This document shows positions 41,460-55,835 of a DNA stretch of 64,000 nucleotides, one piece after another (position 1 is the first letter of the stretch; every line of letters starts with the position of its first letter). Source of the DNA: Octopus sinensis. Its lineage: Eukaryota. Below the pieces are notes generated by a model, which saw only the letters and a list, made by a program, of their open reading frames with translations, was not told the origin of the DNA and made no database searches. Location of the stretch: positions 44,826,001-44,890,000 of the forward strand of contig NC_043008.1 in NCBI RefSeq assembly GCF_006345805.1, given 5' to 3'. The translations under genes and the position numbers were made by a program.

Positions 41460-41614
41460 ATTTTAGAGACAGAACGACCCCAATTAACACTGAAAGGTTT
41501 TATACCCGACCACTCCATAAAATGTTTTAAATTAAATCTTATACTAACTATATCTATTCTGAACAATAAAGCCAGAAAAAATAAAGCTAAGCATTTCGTC
41601 CAGAAAAAGAGCCT

Positions 41615-41946
41615 GTCCAAGCCAGGTATTGATCAAAATCTAACACACCAATGGTTACAATGGACAGGTCTGAAATGTCTTGTCATTGCAACGCAAGATC
41701 AGACCTTACCTACCAGAAACTTCCTTGCAAATGTCCTCAAAGATGGATCTGAACCTTCCTGGCTTGCCCAGTCCTCGCTGAAATGTAATACTTCATATGA
41801 CATGACCGACTAGTTCAATACATCCACTGGAATGCTTGTAAATATTACAAAATTAAATCCCATGATAAGTGGTACAGGTACCATCCAGGGGATGTAGTGA
41901 ATGGTGAGGGCGTCACCATCCTTTGGAACTTTCTAATACAAACAGG
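41615..41946 (+). mobile_element. Older R4/Dong-type ORF remnant
   Basis: THQWLQWTGLK..VIATQDQTLPTRNF...CPVLA..Y...HDRLVQYIHWNACKYY...VTILWNFLIQT, with deletions and stops. Confidence 0.8.
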
Positions 41947-41949
41947 ATC

Positions 41950-41972
41950 AGAAGAAGAAGAAGAAGAAGAAG

Positions 41973-42004
<32 letters not shown>

Positions 42005-42101
42005 GAAGAAAAAGAAGAAGAAGAAAAAGAGAAAGAAGAAGAAGAAGAAGAAGAAGAAGAAGAAGAAGAAGAAGAAGAAGAAGAAGAAGAAGAAGAAGAA
42101 G

Positions 42102-42130
<29 letters not shown>
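41950..42130. repeat. (GAA)n polypurine tract
   Basis: Directly visible. Confidence 0.97.
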
Positions 42131-42134
<4 letters not shown>

Positions 42135-43060
42135 AAAAAGCTATAAAACAAATGAAATCCAAACTAAAACTGGAACAGCAACGACCATGATAAAACGATG
42201 GAAAGAAAAACTCTTTCATGGCAAATACTGGACTAAGCTAAATGCAAAAGAAATAGACAAAGAAAAATCCTAGCAATGGTTGAGAAGCTCAGGACTCAAA
42301 GCAGAGACTGAAGGATCTTTAATTGCAGCACAAAGCCTTCCCACCAGAAATTACCAAAAATATTTAATGAAAAGAAATATAACAAGTAACTGCAGAATAT
42401 GTGGAGATGGGCAAGAAACAATAAATCATATTATCCCTGGTTGCCCAGTCCTGGCTAAGAAGGAATATATTCACAGACACGACAGGGTTGGAACCTACAT
42501 ACACTGGAAGCTATGCCAACACTATGGAATAACAACAGAAACAGATGGTATCGGCACACGCCAGAAAAGGTCACAGAAAACAAGAAAGCAACCATACTCT
42601 TGGATATGCCAATACACACAGATAGAGAAATTAAGGCCAACACACCAGATATAGTTATCAGAGATCATGAAGTAAAAAAACATGCTTTCTAATTGATGTA
42701 TCAATACCACCAGATGACAACGTTTCTCTAAAAGAAATGGAGAAACTCTAAAAATACAAAGTCCTGGAAACAGAGGTAACTCGAAGGTGGAATCTAAAAA
42801 CAGAAACAATTCCTATCATATTAGGCGCATTAGGTATGATAAAAAAAATATTCAGACAAATGCATAACAAAAACACCAGGACTTACAAACACATATAACA
42901 TACAGAAAATTGCACTACTAGGCACTGCACACATCCTATGCAAAACACTTTCAATACAGTAACCATAAGAGAATCACAGCAAAGCACAGCACATACCCAA
43001 GGCAAACAGAGCTGCGCTTGGTAGTGAAGTGAAAGCACGCTATAAAAATAAAACTACTGA
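42131..43060 (+). mobile_element. R4/Dong-type non-LTR retrotransposon, 5'-truncated and inactive (CCHC knuckle plus restriction-like endonuclease)
   Basis: GLKAETEG, CRICGDGQETINHIIPGC (CCHC), RHDRV, PDIVIRD...LIDVSIP...KEMEKL*KY, IPIILGALG, QKIALLGTAHIL; stops and frameshifts; 3' UTR then a (TAA/TGA)n tail. Confidence 0.92.
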
Positions 43061-43494
43061 ATGATAATGATAATAATGACAATAATAATAATTTAAAAAG
43101 GACTTACAACCGCAGTCCAATTCGCACACATGAATGCGATATATCAAGACATTATATGAAATCGTTGTGAATTAATACTGCCTCTTTTGCTAATGTATAT
43201 TTAGATGTGGATTAAGTTTTACGTAAAATATTAGTTTAGGTTAAAGCAATCCTGCAAATATTTATTTTTGAGCATTTTGCAAATTATGAGATTGCCTATT
43301 ATTACGTTGCACATATCAATTCAAATACCAGTTCGTGAACACACGAACACACAAATAATGAAACAGATGAATGGTACACACGGTGTATCTAAAACTGATC
43401 TTCAGTAATGGATATATTTATACATATACATACATGCATACACATACTTACATGCATATACATACGTATTTACATATGTATATATCTGTATGGA

Positions 43495-43722
43495 GTGCGA
43501 CGAACTGGCAGAAACGTTAGCACGCCGGTCGAAATGCTTTGCGGTATTTCGTCCGGCGCTACGTTCTGAGTTCAAATTCCGCCGAGGTCGACTTTGCCTT
43601 TCATCCTTTCGGGGTCGATAAATTAATACCAGTTACGCACTGGGGTCGATGTAATCGACTTAATTCTTTTGTCTGTCCTTGTTTGTCCCCTCTATGCTTA
43701 TCCCCTTGTGAGTAATAAAGAA
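43495..43722 (+). mobile_element. SINE family A, monomer
   Basis: Near-consensus sequence. Confidence 0.88.
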
Positions 43723-45174
43723 GCATATACGTATGTATATATCTGTATGTGTACTTAAATTGATATATATATATATATATACAGAGACGCACATAAATAT
43801 GTATTTGAAATATAAGTTTGGCATAACATCCAAAGTTATACATCAAGTCTCATACATCATATTAACGAATATTCGACTTAAGAATATGTTTCAGTTATTC
43901 TACTTTTTGTTATATTCAGTTCTGTTATATTTCATTGTTATTACGGAAGTACACAAGTTAATGGGGGTTTATTTTTTTCATGTAATTATAGCACATATTT
44001 TATATCATTATATATTAAGATTGATTATATTTTCTGTTTAATTAGAGCTATGATATCATATATATTTAAAGTGTTTAAAAATATCCGGTAGACTACCAAT
44101 GTCAGGTTTGCTAAATATTATCGATATTTATTTGGATTATGTATTTGTTTCACACAACCATCAAAAATATTGATTATATAATATTGTTAGTGAGATTATA
44201 ATAGCCGTGTTTCTACACTATATGCTTAATCTTTCTGTTTGTCTGTGTATTCTTTTTTGATTCTTTTTTAGGGGGCGGTGGGTATTGTTAACATGATACA
44301 AAATATATTATTAGTTTCCTCTGAACTTAAAATACATGATAAAACATTTTAGATTTCAACCTAATCTACAATCACTTCCATATAATATAGATTCCGGGTT
44401 GTTCGCCGTCTGTTTTATATTTTATTTCTTTCTGATATTTTTCCCCGATTTTTTTTTTCGTACAAATGATTGTTCCTCTACAATAATTTTTTTTCTTTGT
44501 TTTTCGCAAAACTATTGTTCAGAAGATTTTGTCTTTATCTCCATTTATTTACATAGCCATTCATCATACTGAAATATAGCGAATCTATAAGCTACACTTC
44601 CCAATCTAGAACATTTGATAGCTGGTCGGGAATCTGTGTTAGACTAAAATATTTTAAAACTCTGGATTTCTGCCAATTTTCAACCGAACCTGAAAAGAAT
44701 AACTGCCAATCCTTTCAGATTATAATTGCCTTCCTCCTTAACAAAATCAATCCCAAGAATGAAGAATTATCAAGTCACATGTCTATAGACTTTTTCCATG
44801 TACACTTTTACTGTTGCCGTAAGATTGAATTGCTTTCCGTTTCTGAAGAGATATGGCAAATCTTCTACAGCGATGCATAAGCAATAATTCCATGTATCAT
44901 TGGTGATATAATATTTCATTGTATCCTGCTGGTATTCACGAGGTCATTCACACACTTCGGCCAAGTTTTAAACACAAACAATCGAAAAAGCACACGTACA
45001 CGTACAACACAGACACACACAACACACAAATACACACGCATGTATGCATGTATGTATATAAATATGTATATAAATATGTGTGCGGTGTGCCTGTGTATAC
45101 AGTCACGTGCAAACAGAAGTACAATTATGTATTTGTACATACATATATACATATACATACATATATATATATAG

Positions 45175-45423
<249 letters not shown>

Positions 45424-45610
45424 GTTCAGTAAAATTTAGACTCAGTTGAATATAGTACTTAAGTTAAAGGCACCAGAATTTGGTATAGTGTTATAGCAAA
45501 GATTGCTCTACATTTTAAAACTGGTGTAATATTTGCATTGTTCAATTAAATGGAGTCGCTTGAAACGATCGTAAAGTATTACCTGGATTTCAGCTCCTCG
45601 TCACTGGAAT

Positions 45611-45848
45611 AATTTAGCGCCTTCAGATTATCATTTCTTCGGCCCCATGAAAGAGGGTGTGTGAGGCAAACATTATTCCAGTGACGAGGAAGTGAAAACT
45701 GTAGTGAAGAAGTGACTCAAATAACAATCAACAGAATTTTACGGGGCAGGGATACATGCTCTCATTCGAAGGTGGAACATTTTCATTGAGAAAAAACTGT
45801 GACTATGTTGAGAAGTAGGGGTGTGATCCATAGAGGACAGCTTCATTT
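45611..45848 (+). mobile_element. mariner (DD34D-type) transposase C-terminal remnant
   Basis: NLAPSDYHFFGPMKEG..GKHYSSDEEVKTVVKK...EFYGAGIHALIRRW...DYVEK* matches the DLAPSDYHLF / GI..L..RW / GDYVE motifs. Confidence 0.85.
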
Positions 45849-47078
45849 AACTTAGCGGTTCGGCAAAAGAGACCGATAGAATAAGTACTAGGCTTCCAAA
45901 TAATAAGTCCTGGGGTCGGTTTGCTCGACTAAAGACGGTGCTCCAGCATGACCGCAGTCAAAGACTGAAACAAGTACAAGAGTACTAATATGTCTCAAGA
46001 GAATGAAAATTGTAGCAGAATAATATGAAACATGTATTATTTTATACTTATAGACATGGAGTTCTTTAAAGCTGAATACTGATATTATGACGATTGTAGC
46101 TGAAACCAAAAAGAAAATTGAATAAAATAAAGCATAAAAATTTATGATATATTCCATTTTATTAAATTGAAATTTGTTCCAATAATGAAACACAAATATT
46201 GAATGATATAGAATTGTGACAAGATTATTCTCTTGAGAGCAATAGAAATGAACGAGCAATGAACCAACATTCCATCATTAATTTGAATGACAAACGGTTG
46301 AAGTTATTCCCCTTGCCGTTCTTCACCTAAATTAATCACTTTAGCTAATAATTATCTCTCCGTATTACTGTTGTTGATTTGACTAGTTAATGTTTCTTGT
46401 TTCAATATATTAACTAAATTAACATCAACATTATTAAGTAGAATTCATTGGCAAACTGACATTATTTAAAGACTGTATTACTAAACACTTCCAGCTGCTC
46501 TGCTTTGCAGAAACTCTGGTTACAAAATTCTCTTCTTACGTGCATTGCAAAATATGACAGAGAATTTCAGAATACGTTGTTCATATTTCCCTTGCGGAAT
46601 TTTGATTAAATTTTAATAATTTTAAAGGCACAATCACAATAGGTGAGATAAAATGTTTTACACTTTTATACACCATGATGCTGCTTGCTTCTTTACTTTA
46701 TTTAACATTCATATAATGGCGTTGATTATTCGTGTGATTTTATACCAATTCAAGTCATTAAATTTATCTGTTTCTCTACATCTTTTTTCATTGTTCATCT
46801 CCTTCGTGTCATCACCTATCGACGCCCTTCTCCATCCTTCACCAATTTTACATCACTTTTTATTCTTTCTAATACCTCGCTACCCTATTCGTCCATGCAA
46901 CACTTCAACTGACCCCGGCTGTGCTCCTGAGTTTCATCATACAGTACCCTTCCACGGAAACTCTAATTGCAAATTTGACGTCGGCGGGATTCGAACACAA
47001 AGACTTGACAGAAATAATACCAGAAATTTTCTCTGACACGCTAACGACTCTACCAATCCATAATGAGGTCAGTTCCTA

Positions 47079-47422
47079 TTGGTGGAACTCCGTCGTTTGC
47101 GACGACGAGGGTTCCAGTTGACCCGATCAACGGAACAGCTTGCTCGTGAAATTAACGTGCAAGTGGCTGAGCACTCCACAGACTCGTGTACCCTTAACGT
47201 AGTTCTTGGGGAGATTCAGCGTGATACAGAGTTTGACAAGGCTGGCCCTTTAAAATACAGGTACAGCAGAAACAGAAAGAGAGAGTGAGAGAAAGTTGTG
47301 GGGAAAGAGTACAGCAAAGTTCACCACCACCCGCTTTTCGCTCAATAAACACTCACAACGCCCTGTCAGGCAGTCGAAACCGCGAGTCCGCTGCCCTAAC
47401 CACTGGACATTTGCGCCTCCAC
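47079..47422 (-). mobile_element. Chimeric SINE (family D head, family C tail) with TSD
   Basis: Head matches 62908 onward, tail matches 8579-8760; 10-bp TSD TCAGTTCCTA at 47069-47078 and 47423-47432. Confidence 0.87.
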
Positions 47423-48394
47423 TCAGTTCCTACTATAAGTTATACAAGGAGATGATGCGATGCAAACACCAAAGAATGTTCACAAGTTCTTCATACATGA
47501 AGCAAATGCTAATGGCTGAGTCTTAGATGGCAAAAAAATGTCAGTAAGCATCGGTTCTCATTGTCTTGTGTGTTGAGTCCGTGCCCGGCAACAATATTAT
47601 GCCACTCTTTTCTTCCTCTGTTTATTTCTCTTCAAAGGCTTTGCTATGTATACATCCAATAATATGCGTGGGCGAATGCGTATATGCGTGATAGTGTGTA
47701 CGTGTGGGCATAAAATTGTGATTTTATACTGCCGGTTTTATTTATATATATTTTTTAATTCAGTCGGAAATCAACTCGAATTTTAGATATTCTTTTCTAC
47801 TCTAGCCACAAGACCAGGCATTTTTGGCGAGGGGGTCAGTCGATTAGATCGACGCCAGTACACAACTGGTACTTTATCCCTGAAAAAATGAAAGGCAATG
47901 TCGACCTCGGCGGAATTTGATCTCGATTTATTATATTGAAATTAATAAAAGAATAGTTGTTGTAACGGATTTCACGTTGCGACACGATTTTCGAGCACAA
48001 AGCAGATCTTCCGTAATGCGGGGGCTGTCTTTACGTCATTTCCAATGTGTAAAGCAGACATACATAAATATCACATTCCAAGTGCCATTCAACACGATGA
48101 TTATTCACATAATTAGAATAGGAATTCGATAATTTTTCAATTGCTAATAAACTTGAACTCTACATGAATATCATTAATGAATAATAGTTGATGTTCAATA
48201 GGGTTTGAGCGATTGATTTATGGCCATTTATTGACGTATGCGCCATTCACTAATCTTAGCCTACCAAGGAAATTGATTAGCTTTATAAAATTCAGGTTAT
48301 TCTCTTTTGTTTGCTAAACAATTAAACAGACTGTCCACATTAAGAGACACACATAAAATTTAGACATAATAATGAGGAGTTCATAAATAATGGC

Positions 48395-48668
48395 TGAAGG
48401 CGTGTGGCCTAATGGTTGGGGTGTTTAGCTCACCAGCACAAGATTGCAGTTTCGATTCTTGTTCCAGGTGGAGTGTTGCGTTCTTCAGCAAAACAGTTCA
48501 TTTCCCGTTGTTTCAATCCACGCACCTTTAAATGAGTAACCCCGTAGCAGAGTGTCCTATGACCGTGTAACCCCTATGGCATTCCCAATCAGGGAGACTG
48601 TTAGTATCTCGGTTACTTATGCATCATGGAAATCGGATAAGTGCGCCGATGGGTCCCAAGACTCGAGA
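48395..48668 (+). mobile_element. Old tRNA-headed CORE-like SINE with a family D-like tail
   Basis: GTGGCCTAATGGTT...GTTTCGATTC head, degenerate CORE-like block, tail ending GGAAATCGGATAAG...GATGGGTCC. Confidence 0.55.
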
Positions 48669-48701
48669 ATTACTTAAACAAAGGATTACATTTGTTATAT
48701 G

Positions 48702-48930
48702 CTCTTTTATTCTATTTGTTTCAGTCATGTGACTGTGGTCATGCTGGAGCACCACCTTTAGTCGAGCAAATCGCCCCCAGGACTTATTCGTTGTAATCGT
48801 AATACTTATTCTATCGGTCTCTTTTGCCGAACCGCTAAGTTACGAGGACGTAAACACACCAGCATCGGTTGTCAAGCGATGTTGGGGTAACAAACATGAC
48901 ACAAAGGTATACACACACACACACACACAA

Positions 48931-48977
<47 letters not shown>

Positions 48978-49143
48978 TACAACGAGCTTCTTTCAGTTTT
49001 TGTCTACCAAATCTACTCACAAGGCTTTGGTCGCTCCGAGGCTATAGTAAAATACAGTTGGCCAAGATGCCACGCAGTTGGACTGAACTCGGAACCATGT
49101 GGTTTGTAAGCAAGCTACTTACCACACAGCCACTCCTACGCCT
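48702..49143 (-). mobile_element. SINE family B, full length
   Basis: Collinear with 13158-13570. Confidence 0.9.
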
Positions 49144-49999
49144 ATATATATTTTCACTATTTTTGCATTGTTTTCTTCTTTTTGCTGTTAGAATTTTCAC
49201 CCCACATTCAATCGCACCAATCTCACCGCACATAGCTGAGTGCTTATAAGGCTTTTATTATAAATATTTATAATTTGAAGCATCCGCATACAATTACCTT
49301 TTAACATACGTCAGTTATAAACGACTGTATATATTTATTTAATATATGCGAAGATGCTTTTGTGAGCAATCTAAAGGCAAAGCATTTTTTAAAAAAATAT
49401 TAATTTTAAACAAGCCTTCTGTATCAACTCGACATTTAGATAACTGACATTTACATTACAATTTTAAAATCACGCTGTCATCTGATAGGAATTTTTATAA
49501 GAATCTTACATGTACAAATTTTCTTAATAATATCGTTTCCATTGAGTAACTTTATATCAAAATCCGATAGCCACCTGCTTTATAGATATATTTCCCTTAC
49601 GTTGAGAGTTATAAATATTGATAAATTATATACAATTACACTTATGATACATAACCTTAGTAAATATCATTAAACTAATTGCACTCCGTAAACTAATTAC
49701 AAAAATATATAATATTGTTAACTGTTCAATAATTCATATTATAGTTTAATTAAAACTATACAGGTGACTATTTGAAATATTAAACTTATACATTTTATAT
49801 TATATAAGGTGTACGAATACCTCAAATGGCGTACAACAGATATGCTCAGAAAGCATAAAATGGCTAAAATCCAACATGAAAAATGTGAGACGGAATCCAG
49901 GCAATCAAGGGTTCCTTATAAGAAATTTAGCGATGAAGGTGATAAAAGTATAATAGACATATATAACTAATTCTTTTATAACTCTTCCTTTCTCTTTCA

Positions 50000-50290
50000 A
50001 GTTGTCTGCTCTTAGGTAGGTCCTCACCTGGTGATCCTTCTCCAGCACTCTCTAACCTGTTCTTTTTTCTTCATTGATTGATAATATCTTCCATCATCTT
50101 CGCTCTCCTTCTCCTTCTCGGTCTTCTCCTCTCTGTGTTTTTTCTCCTAACACTGTGTCCCTCTAACCTAATATCTTCCATCCATTTTGTGTTCCTACAC
50201 CATTCGCCACCAGAACCCCATTTCACAAATCTCCTCTCTCCACTCTTGATGTTCCATATTTCTGAGCCTTGGAGGAGCACACTCATTCAA
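50000..50290 (-). mobile_element. RTE-group LINE remnant, internally deleted
   Basis: SVLLQGSEIW (LLYG.E.W motif) followed by RRPRRRRRAKMMEDI (R.RGR...DDI-like). Confidence 0.5.
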
Positions 50291-50475
50291 GGATTTTCAC
50301 CAGCTTCTTCTCTTCAAGTCACTTTCATGCTTTTGGTGAGCAGTGTTTCATGTTGTTGAAGTGTTTCATGTTTGTTCGACCATGGAACTTCTTGCTCTGA
50401 TTTCCCTCTCACTTCTTCAATCATTCGAGAGAAGGCTTCCTAAGAAGCCAATCGATAATATATTGCTTTCGCTAA

Positions 50476-50871
50476 TCTCTTTCTATATAAAGCTGAAGTT
50501 GTCTGTGTATGGCAGGTTTGGTAGCCTTCAACTAACATTATCTCCTCCGAGACCCTGCGGCGCAAGTTGACCAAAATTGAAAGTATGATAGAAGAAGGCA
50601 TGCTCTTTTTTCCATAGAAGAGAAAATCAAATCGGACCATGTTAACATCAAAAATTATTTACATCAAAAAGGTGCCTTTTTTTCTATGAAAATCCCTATT
50701 TTTTACGACTGCTGTATTGCCATGTTTCGGTGTATTTCAACCAGAAAAACGTTCACTTAAACGTTCACTTAAAGAGAATAACAAGCTACATAATGCAAAA
50801 ATTTTACTTTTCAAAAATTCCAATTCTAAAGGGTCGAAACAAACCCAAGCAACACCGGTCGATACTGCTGG
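50476..50871 (+). mobile_element. Non-autonomous Helitron
   Basis: A|TC at the 5' end, subterminal hairpin remnant ACCCAAGCAACACCGGT and CTGG|T at the 3' end; homologous to 12775-13157. Confidence 0.8.
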
Positions 50872-51459
50872 TATATTCCTAAATGTATTATGTTAGTATA
50901 CAAGAGCCTAAATGAATGAATGCCTAGGTTTTTATTTGTATTCGAACAAGGCTGACTTCAGACTATACAACAAGAGCTATAAAATGCATTGTATGTAATT
51001 TGATGTAATTTGATGATGCCCAGACTTAAAATATTATGGATATTTCATTTTGGCACACGAACAAACCTGCCATATTGCGTTGCACAAAATGGACGCTCGA
51101 TGAATAATGTTAACTGCAGAACTATTTATACATTTTATTATTGATTAACAATGTTTAACTTATTATATATTTATTCGTTATGTCCTTTTTATTAATCGAT
51201 TCTCGATGACCATTTTACACCTCTGAGATCATTATCTCTATACAAATGACCTTGTCTGTAGTTTACCCATCATATACATAAAATATCGAGGAGAATTCTA
51301 TCATCCTGGCAGGCTTACAAAGCATATCCTACACGGTCATTGTGCCTGCTAATAAGAGCAGTCAAATTTACTTTAGGTCACTCCTTAGCGTTCGTAAAAT
51401 GCGAAGCACATATTTGGCAATGTATAAAGTTTTGCATCAAAACGATACCCCTACCTAAA

Positions 51460-51690
51460 GGCGATGAGCTGGCAGAAACGTTAGCACACCGGGCGAAATG
51501 CTTAGTGGTATTTCGTCTCTCGCTACGTTCTGAGTTTAAATTCCGCCGAGATCGACTTTGCCTTTCATCCTTTCGGGGTCAATAAATTAAGTACCAGTTA
51601 CGCACTGGGGTCGATATAATCGATTTAATCCGTTTGTCTGTCCTTGTTTGTCCCCTCTGTGTTTAGCCCCTTGTGGGTAGTAAAGAAATA
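51460..51690 (+). mobile_element. SINE family A, full monomer with TSD
   Basis: 14-bp TSD GATACCCCTACCTA at 51444-51457 and 51691-51704, which defines the element ends. Confidence 0.92.
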
Positions 51691-52512
51691 GATACCCCTA
51701 CCTAGAAAAAAGCAAAGTTTAGAGGCATGAATGACAGTTCGAAATATCTGAGAGAGGTCAACCAAGAATTGAAAACAGTGGAGAAATATTGTTGATGGTG
51801 TGTGTTCCATCAGCTTCAATAAATTAAGGTAATTACTGATATAATATAATTGCTTATACCTTCCACCTATGTTTAAGATGCATGTTTCGGAATCTAAAAT
51901 ATTTCTATAAATATAATCTTGTTATTGCACAGAAGAATACACCATTTACTTACGAAATGATGGAATTAACGCTTCATAAATTTAAGTTCGTTATATTTTT
52001 AAACTTCACCGATTGGCAGGTTTATTCATCCGTCTTTAATATTCCAGGTTGTCCCTGATTTCCGTTGAGAAAATAACAAGGAGTGAAACACCTTTATAAA
52101 GCTGTCACTATGTTAAGAATTAAACACATATAAACCTTAAATTATATTTAGTAGGCTTACGGTTCAAAACATGAAACTGCCTTCGTAAGTTTGAGGATTT
52201 CGGTAAATGGCGAGTGCTTGATACTTTGTCATGATTCTCCAAGAAAGCATTCTTTCAGAAATCAGTGAAGATGTTCAGCAGATAAAAATCTCGAAATTAA
52301 TTTTCGTTTTAAATTTTGGCACAAGGCCAGCAATTTTCAGGGAGAGGGCTTACATCGTTTACATCGACCCCAGTCCTCGACTGGTACTTACTTTATCGAT
52401 TCCGGAAGGATGAAACATAAGGTCGACCGCGGCGGAGTTTGAACGTAGGAATTGACGGAGGAGGACCAAACCTTGCGTGTGTATTTCTTAAACGGAAACT
52501 GATAGAAGCCTG

Positions 52513-52560
<48 letters not shown>

Positions 52561-53057
52561 CTTCCACTTTAAGAGCACATGCGTTTGAAAAGGTTAAACA
52601 AAAGTGCTCACACACTAGGTATTTTCTTTTCTCCCAATAAATGGTAAGATCCTCATAAAAGATTTTACAGCATATTTTTTTAATGCTTTTATAAAACCAC
52701 CTTTACACTTCAAACATTGTATTAACTAATTCTCGTAGACATTCGAATAGGTGTATGTGTGTGTATGTGTGCGTGTGTGTGTATGCCTGAGTCATCGTGT
52801 CTGTGTTTGTCTCTCTCCAATACCGATTGACAACAGGTGTTAGTTTGTTTACATCCCCTGTAATTTATATGCAAATATATATACATATTATATTCATTCT
52901 CTTTACTTGTATCAAACGTTTGGCCGCAGCAATGCTGGAAGGTGCATCTGTACGCGCAAGCACATCAGCTATTGTCGCAAAAGTTGTTTTGAGAAAATTT
53001 GGTTTAAATATTTGACAACTCAGCACCGCCCATTGGAGGAGAGGGCGTTTTGCTCGT

Positions 53058-53095
<38 letters not shown>

Positions 53096-53246
53096 ATGTA
53101 TGTATGTATGTATGTATGTATGTATGTATGTATTTATGTATGTATGTATGTATGTATGTATATGTATGTATGTACAGCTACTTACCACACATCCTCTCTT
53201 GCGCCTATATATATATATGCGTGTATATATATATATATATATTGAA

Positions 53247-53472
53247 GGCGGTGAGCTGGCAGAAACGTTAGCACGCCGGACGAAATGTGTAGCCGTATTT
53301 CATCTGCCGTTACCTTCCGAGTTCAAATTCCGCCGAGGTCGACTCTGCCTTTCATCCTCCCGGGGTCGATAAATTAAGTACCAGTTACGCACTGGGGTCG
53401 ATGTAATCGAATTAATCCGTTTGTCTGTCCTTGTTTGTCTCCTCTGTGTTTAGCCCCTTGTGGGTAGTAAAG

Positions 53473-53477
<5 letters not shown>
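53247..53477 (+). mobile_element. SINE family A, monomer
   Basis: Near-consensus sequence; further degenerate minus-strand copies at ~34500-34630, 36780-36975, 47790-47920 and 52310-52450. Confidence 0.88.
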
Positions 53478-53523
<46 letters not shown>

Positions 53524-54003
53524 TGTGTGTGCGTACATATGTGTGTGTTTGTGTAAATAAGTATCAATTTATGTAAAAATGCATTATTGCAATTGGTTAA
53601 TTTATATTATCGATCTCCTATATTAAAACACTGTTTTTTTTTTTTATAAGGAAGGAATAACGTAGCTTATGTATTCACCAAAAGCATATTTCAAGTCGCA
53701 TGTCTGGAATATGCATATAAACAGACGTTTAATAACATAGCAGGTTTTTATTCTGCTTGTTAAGTTAGAAGGCCTCTTCCATCAGTTGCGGATAAAACAA
53801 AATGGAAGAATATAACCATTCGTAAAAGTTATTTTTAAGAGAGGAAAAAAAAATAATATATAGGAACGTATGTAGTAGTTAGACATGTTGCAATGGCGGA
53901 ATACACTCAAAAACACGCACACATTTTTGTATATATGTATAAATATTTATGTTTGTATGTATGAAGAAATGCATGTATGCGTGGATACATATATATATAT
54001 ATA

Positions 54004-54044
<41 letters not shown>

Positions 54045-54302
54045 CGTATACATATATTTATATATCTATATATATGTATATATATATTGAGATGTATATA
54101 TATATGTATATACAGATATTTATATACAGATATGTATAAATATGAGTGTGTATATATATGTATATATATATATGGATGTATATATATATACATATATATA
54201 CATACCTAGATATATATACATACATATACATATATACATATATATATATATGTATATGTATATATAATATTATTTATTTATATATATATATATTATATAT
54301 AT

Positions 54303-54336
<34 letters not shown>

Positions 54337-54455
54337 CATTATTTTGATTAATTTATATATATATATATATATATATATAAGTATAATATTTTCTGCCTCA
54401 CTGTCTCTGTATTTTTGTGTCTGCTCGCTCACTATGTTTCTTTCTCTCGCTCTTT

Positions 54456-54523
<68 letters not shown>

Positions 54524-55047
54524 TTTCTCCACCTATGTATATATACGTGTGTATGCATACTTATGTACGGGTATATACGCACGTGCTTGTGTGAGTATGT
54601 GACGAATGGATGGACTTGATTTATCTGCAGTCATGTGTGGGGTACGTACCATCGAAAGAAGATATAAAGATATATATATATATATCTGTGTGTGTGTGTG
54701 TGTGTGCGTGTGTATAATAAATACACTTCTGTGGGAAAAATCTAAAGGAAAAAATAAAATAAAGATAAAATGAAGATTAGAAAGACCAACTGGAGACAAA
54801 ATCAAAGCTTAAATATAAGAAAAGAAGACAAAAATATGTAAACAAAAATTAGAAGAACAAAAAAAAAATAAACAGAGGCAAAAAATTAAATGTTTTCTTC
54901 AAAGCTGCAAACATTATGAAATATTATTTGGCAGATATTGATAAGTAAATCTGTATATACACGCATATAAAAAGTCTAAGCACTGACAACCACTTACACA
55001 CACATATCATACATACACGTACACCACGCACATACACACAAGCATGC

Positions 55048-55081
<34 letters not shown>

Positions 55082-55709
55082 CATATATAATATATATATA
55101 TATATTATATATATATATAAAACATATAAATATATATATATGTATATATATATATATTATGTATATATATATACAAACATATATATATATACGTATATAT
55201 ATACATATAACATATAGATATGTATATAAATATGTATATATATATTTATATCTGTGCGTGTATGAATGTAAGTCTGTATGCGTGTATATATGCATGTATA
55301 TATAAAAATATGTTTATGTGCATGTGTACAACAGTATATGTATATAATTATACATTTATTACACCCGTTAATAATTGTACATCGCTATTCAAAATCAATA
55401 TGTTATCGTACATTTCTCTTTTTGGCTCTAGTTTCTGTCTCTAAATATAGTCACCCGTACATACATATTTACAGACTCATAGGTGCATACATACATATAT
55501 ATATATATATATTCGTATATACATGTATTAATGTATATACATAGATATGTATATTATACTCATAGTTGTGTGTGTGTGAGTGTGTGTGTCTCTGTGAACG
55601 TATATATGCTTCGTGGGATATTTAGTGACAGTTAATAATTGGTATATTACTCTCTTCAAACCACGTAAAAGGTTTGTATTGCTTTCAGTTCGCAAGTGGC
55701 AGAGAAAAA

Positions 55710-55835
55710 TGGTAACAAAAGAAATAAGTAGACATGCGGTAATTGCTGTCATATGTACGGAACTGATCTAGAAAATAATTGCCGACTTTCCACATGTTGC
55801 AAAATCTTATGTAAACAAAAACTAAAAGAATGGTC
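55710..55835 (+). mobile_element. Possible N-terminal (HTH) remnant of a maT/Tc1-like transposase
   Basis: MVTKEISRHAVIAVI...IADFPHVAKSYVNK resembles the R.AVI...IA.FL.V.RS.V.K start of such transposases; short and interrupted. Confidence 0.4.

Noticed and set aside
41845-42273. Poly-E, poly-R, poly-S and poly-F ORFs
   Set aside because: They are reading frames through the (GAA)n tract between two LINE remnants.
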